64,000 nucleotides of DNA, taken from NCBI GenBank assembly GCA_015680685.1, contig MNCI01001841.1, positions 200,264-264,263 on the forward strand. Reading direction: 5' to 3'. A program made the translations under genes and the position numbers. Source of the stretch: Gnetum montanum. Lineage: Eukaryota; Plantae; Gnetophyta. A model generated the notes under the pieces. That model did no database searches. It was given only the letters and a program-made list of their open reading frames with translations, and was not told where the DNA came from. Of this stretch, positions 62,352 through 64,000 are shown piece by piece (positions within the stretch are counted from its first letter, which is position 1; each line of letters opens with the position of its first letter).

Positions 62352-63555
62352 GTTTTTCATTCTTACCATAGACAACAATGCTCCTTAATTTGAGAAGCAT
62401 ACAAATGAAAAATAAGCATACACAACGGCAAAGATAGAGATTGTAATTCTCATTATTATCTTTTGGCTTTTTCATGATTAATGTTTGGGGGGATAGATGA
62501 TTATCATCATTTTACAATGTTGAAACTCCAAACCCAAAATAATTGTAATATAGGTATGCCTCAAGATATATAGTTCAATTAAAAATTTATAACTCAACAT
62601 TGCTCCCTAAAATTAACCCATAACTTCAAACTTTCAAATCAAAAGTTTTGCCACTAGGCTAACACCTCATTATTTGATTATCAGCATTTTAGCCTTGTCC
62701 CAACAACAAAATACGGTAGGCTATATGAGTTTTTTTACATCATTCATCTTTATGAAAAGCTAGATCTTTAGTTATTTGCAATTTAATATTTTTTAGCATG
62801 TCTTTTTTGATTTTTTTTTATTTTATTTTTTTTGTCTTCATTCAAATAGTGATGTAGCAACCTTTTTTTATAGGCTCATTGTCGTTTAACTTCTTTGCAC
62901 ATGCCTAAACTATTTAAGCCACCATTCTTGTAACTTATTTGAAATAGAAGTCTTCCTCTAATGTTTATTTTGTGCAATTTGTTTTTTATTCTAACATTCA
63001 ATATCTATCCAAGCAGTATCATTTGTGTACACTCATTTGTTGTTCAGGTCTCTTTTGTACTACCCAACATTCAATACCATATAAGATATAAGGTTTGATT
63101 ATTGTCCTATAAAATTTCCCCTTTAGTTTTATTAGCATTTTTTTATCACATAGAACACCATTAGCTTGTCTCCATTTTGATGATCCTACCTTAATTTTAT
63201 TTTTATATTTTTATCAATTTCACAATCTAATTAGAACATTGATTCTAGGTAGCGTAACTATCTATGATGAGGGACTTTTTGGCCTTGAATTGTCACTTCT
63301 ATTTCACCACTATTTATATTATTGAAATTGCAATCCCTATATTTTGTTTTATTTCTACTAATTCTTAAGACTTTTGATTCTAAAGCATGCATTTGTTTCT
63401 CCATTTTAGAAGTAATATTTTATGGGATTGTATCTACCAACACAATATCATCTAATATCATATATAAATAGCATACACAAATAGATTTCATATTATATTT
63501 CATTTGTTAATTCATCCATACTAATGACAAATAAGTAAAGACGAAGTAAAAACCT

Positions 63556-64000
63556 TGATGTAGACCTACTAATGAACATCAAAAAGTCATGTTGATCGGC
63601 CTCATTGACGAGCCCCCGTCAATGAGGCCTCATTTACGTGGTGTGCCCCATCGATGGGGCCACATTGACGTAGTGTTTGCTATGTTGACAAGGCCCCATC
63701 GATGTAGCCATAAGGCAAATACTATAAATACAAGCTCACCAACCACATTTATGCATAGAATTTTTGTCATAGTAGTAGAGCTCTTGCAGTTTGTTTATTT
63801 GAGAGATAAAATATTTCTCTAAGTGCTCATAGCAAGAGTTAGAAAGTGTATGGATCTTTATTCAAGCACTGTTGTACCTAAACACACCAGTGTGAACAAC
63901 AATAAAGACGAGCTTCTTGATCAAACCTTGCAACACTTGGATTAGATTAATGATGTATTTATGCATTCATTGTTTTCATTAATTATGACATTAATTAAGC
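63556..64000 (+). mobile_element. Start of a probable Athila-like LTR running off the window
   Basis: Begins TGATG. TTGACG/CGTCAA motif cluster, TATAAATA at ~63723 and AATAAAGA at 63901, the same layout as the LTRs of A and E. Confidence 0.55.

Overview
Plant nuclear genomic DNA. The KAO gene and the Tat-type elements suggest a vascular plant, possibly non-flowering (inference). About 1-48 kb is a nested stack of degenerate Ty3/gypsy LTR retrotransposons that can be resolved from LTR pairs, PBS/PPT and target-site duplications (TSDs). The host is a minus-strand Tat-type element D (gag-PR-aRH-RT-RH-INT). D is interrupted by a pol-less Athila-like element A (9912-45496, TSD CTAAT). A contains an Ogre/Tat-type element B (15052-44341), and B contains a related RT-less element C (21197-~31404). 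At the left are another Athila-like element E and a solo LTR (3208-4050, TSD CTCTC). A full-length degenerate Ty1/copia element (49268-53802, TSD AGACC) follows. The only intact host gene is a 9-exon minus-strand CYP88-family ent-kaurenoic acid oxidase (KAO, 55682-60277, 494 aa, one GC-AG intron). The most unusual observation is in element B. There gag-PR and RT-RH-aRH-INT are separated by about 6 kb holding a TATA-preceded, intron-rich antisense gene (PMD/plant-transposon-like domain, coiled coil, acidic tail). That gene is bracketed by arrays of a short GRCNYWAAACT motif, which in the post-integrase arrays forms hairpins with a conserved 9-nt loop and compensatory stem changes. All protein family calls come from motif recognition by eye, not from database searches.
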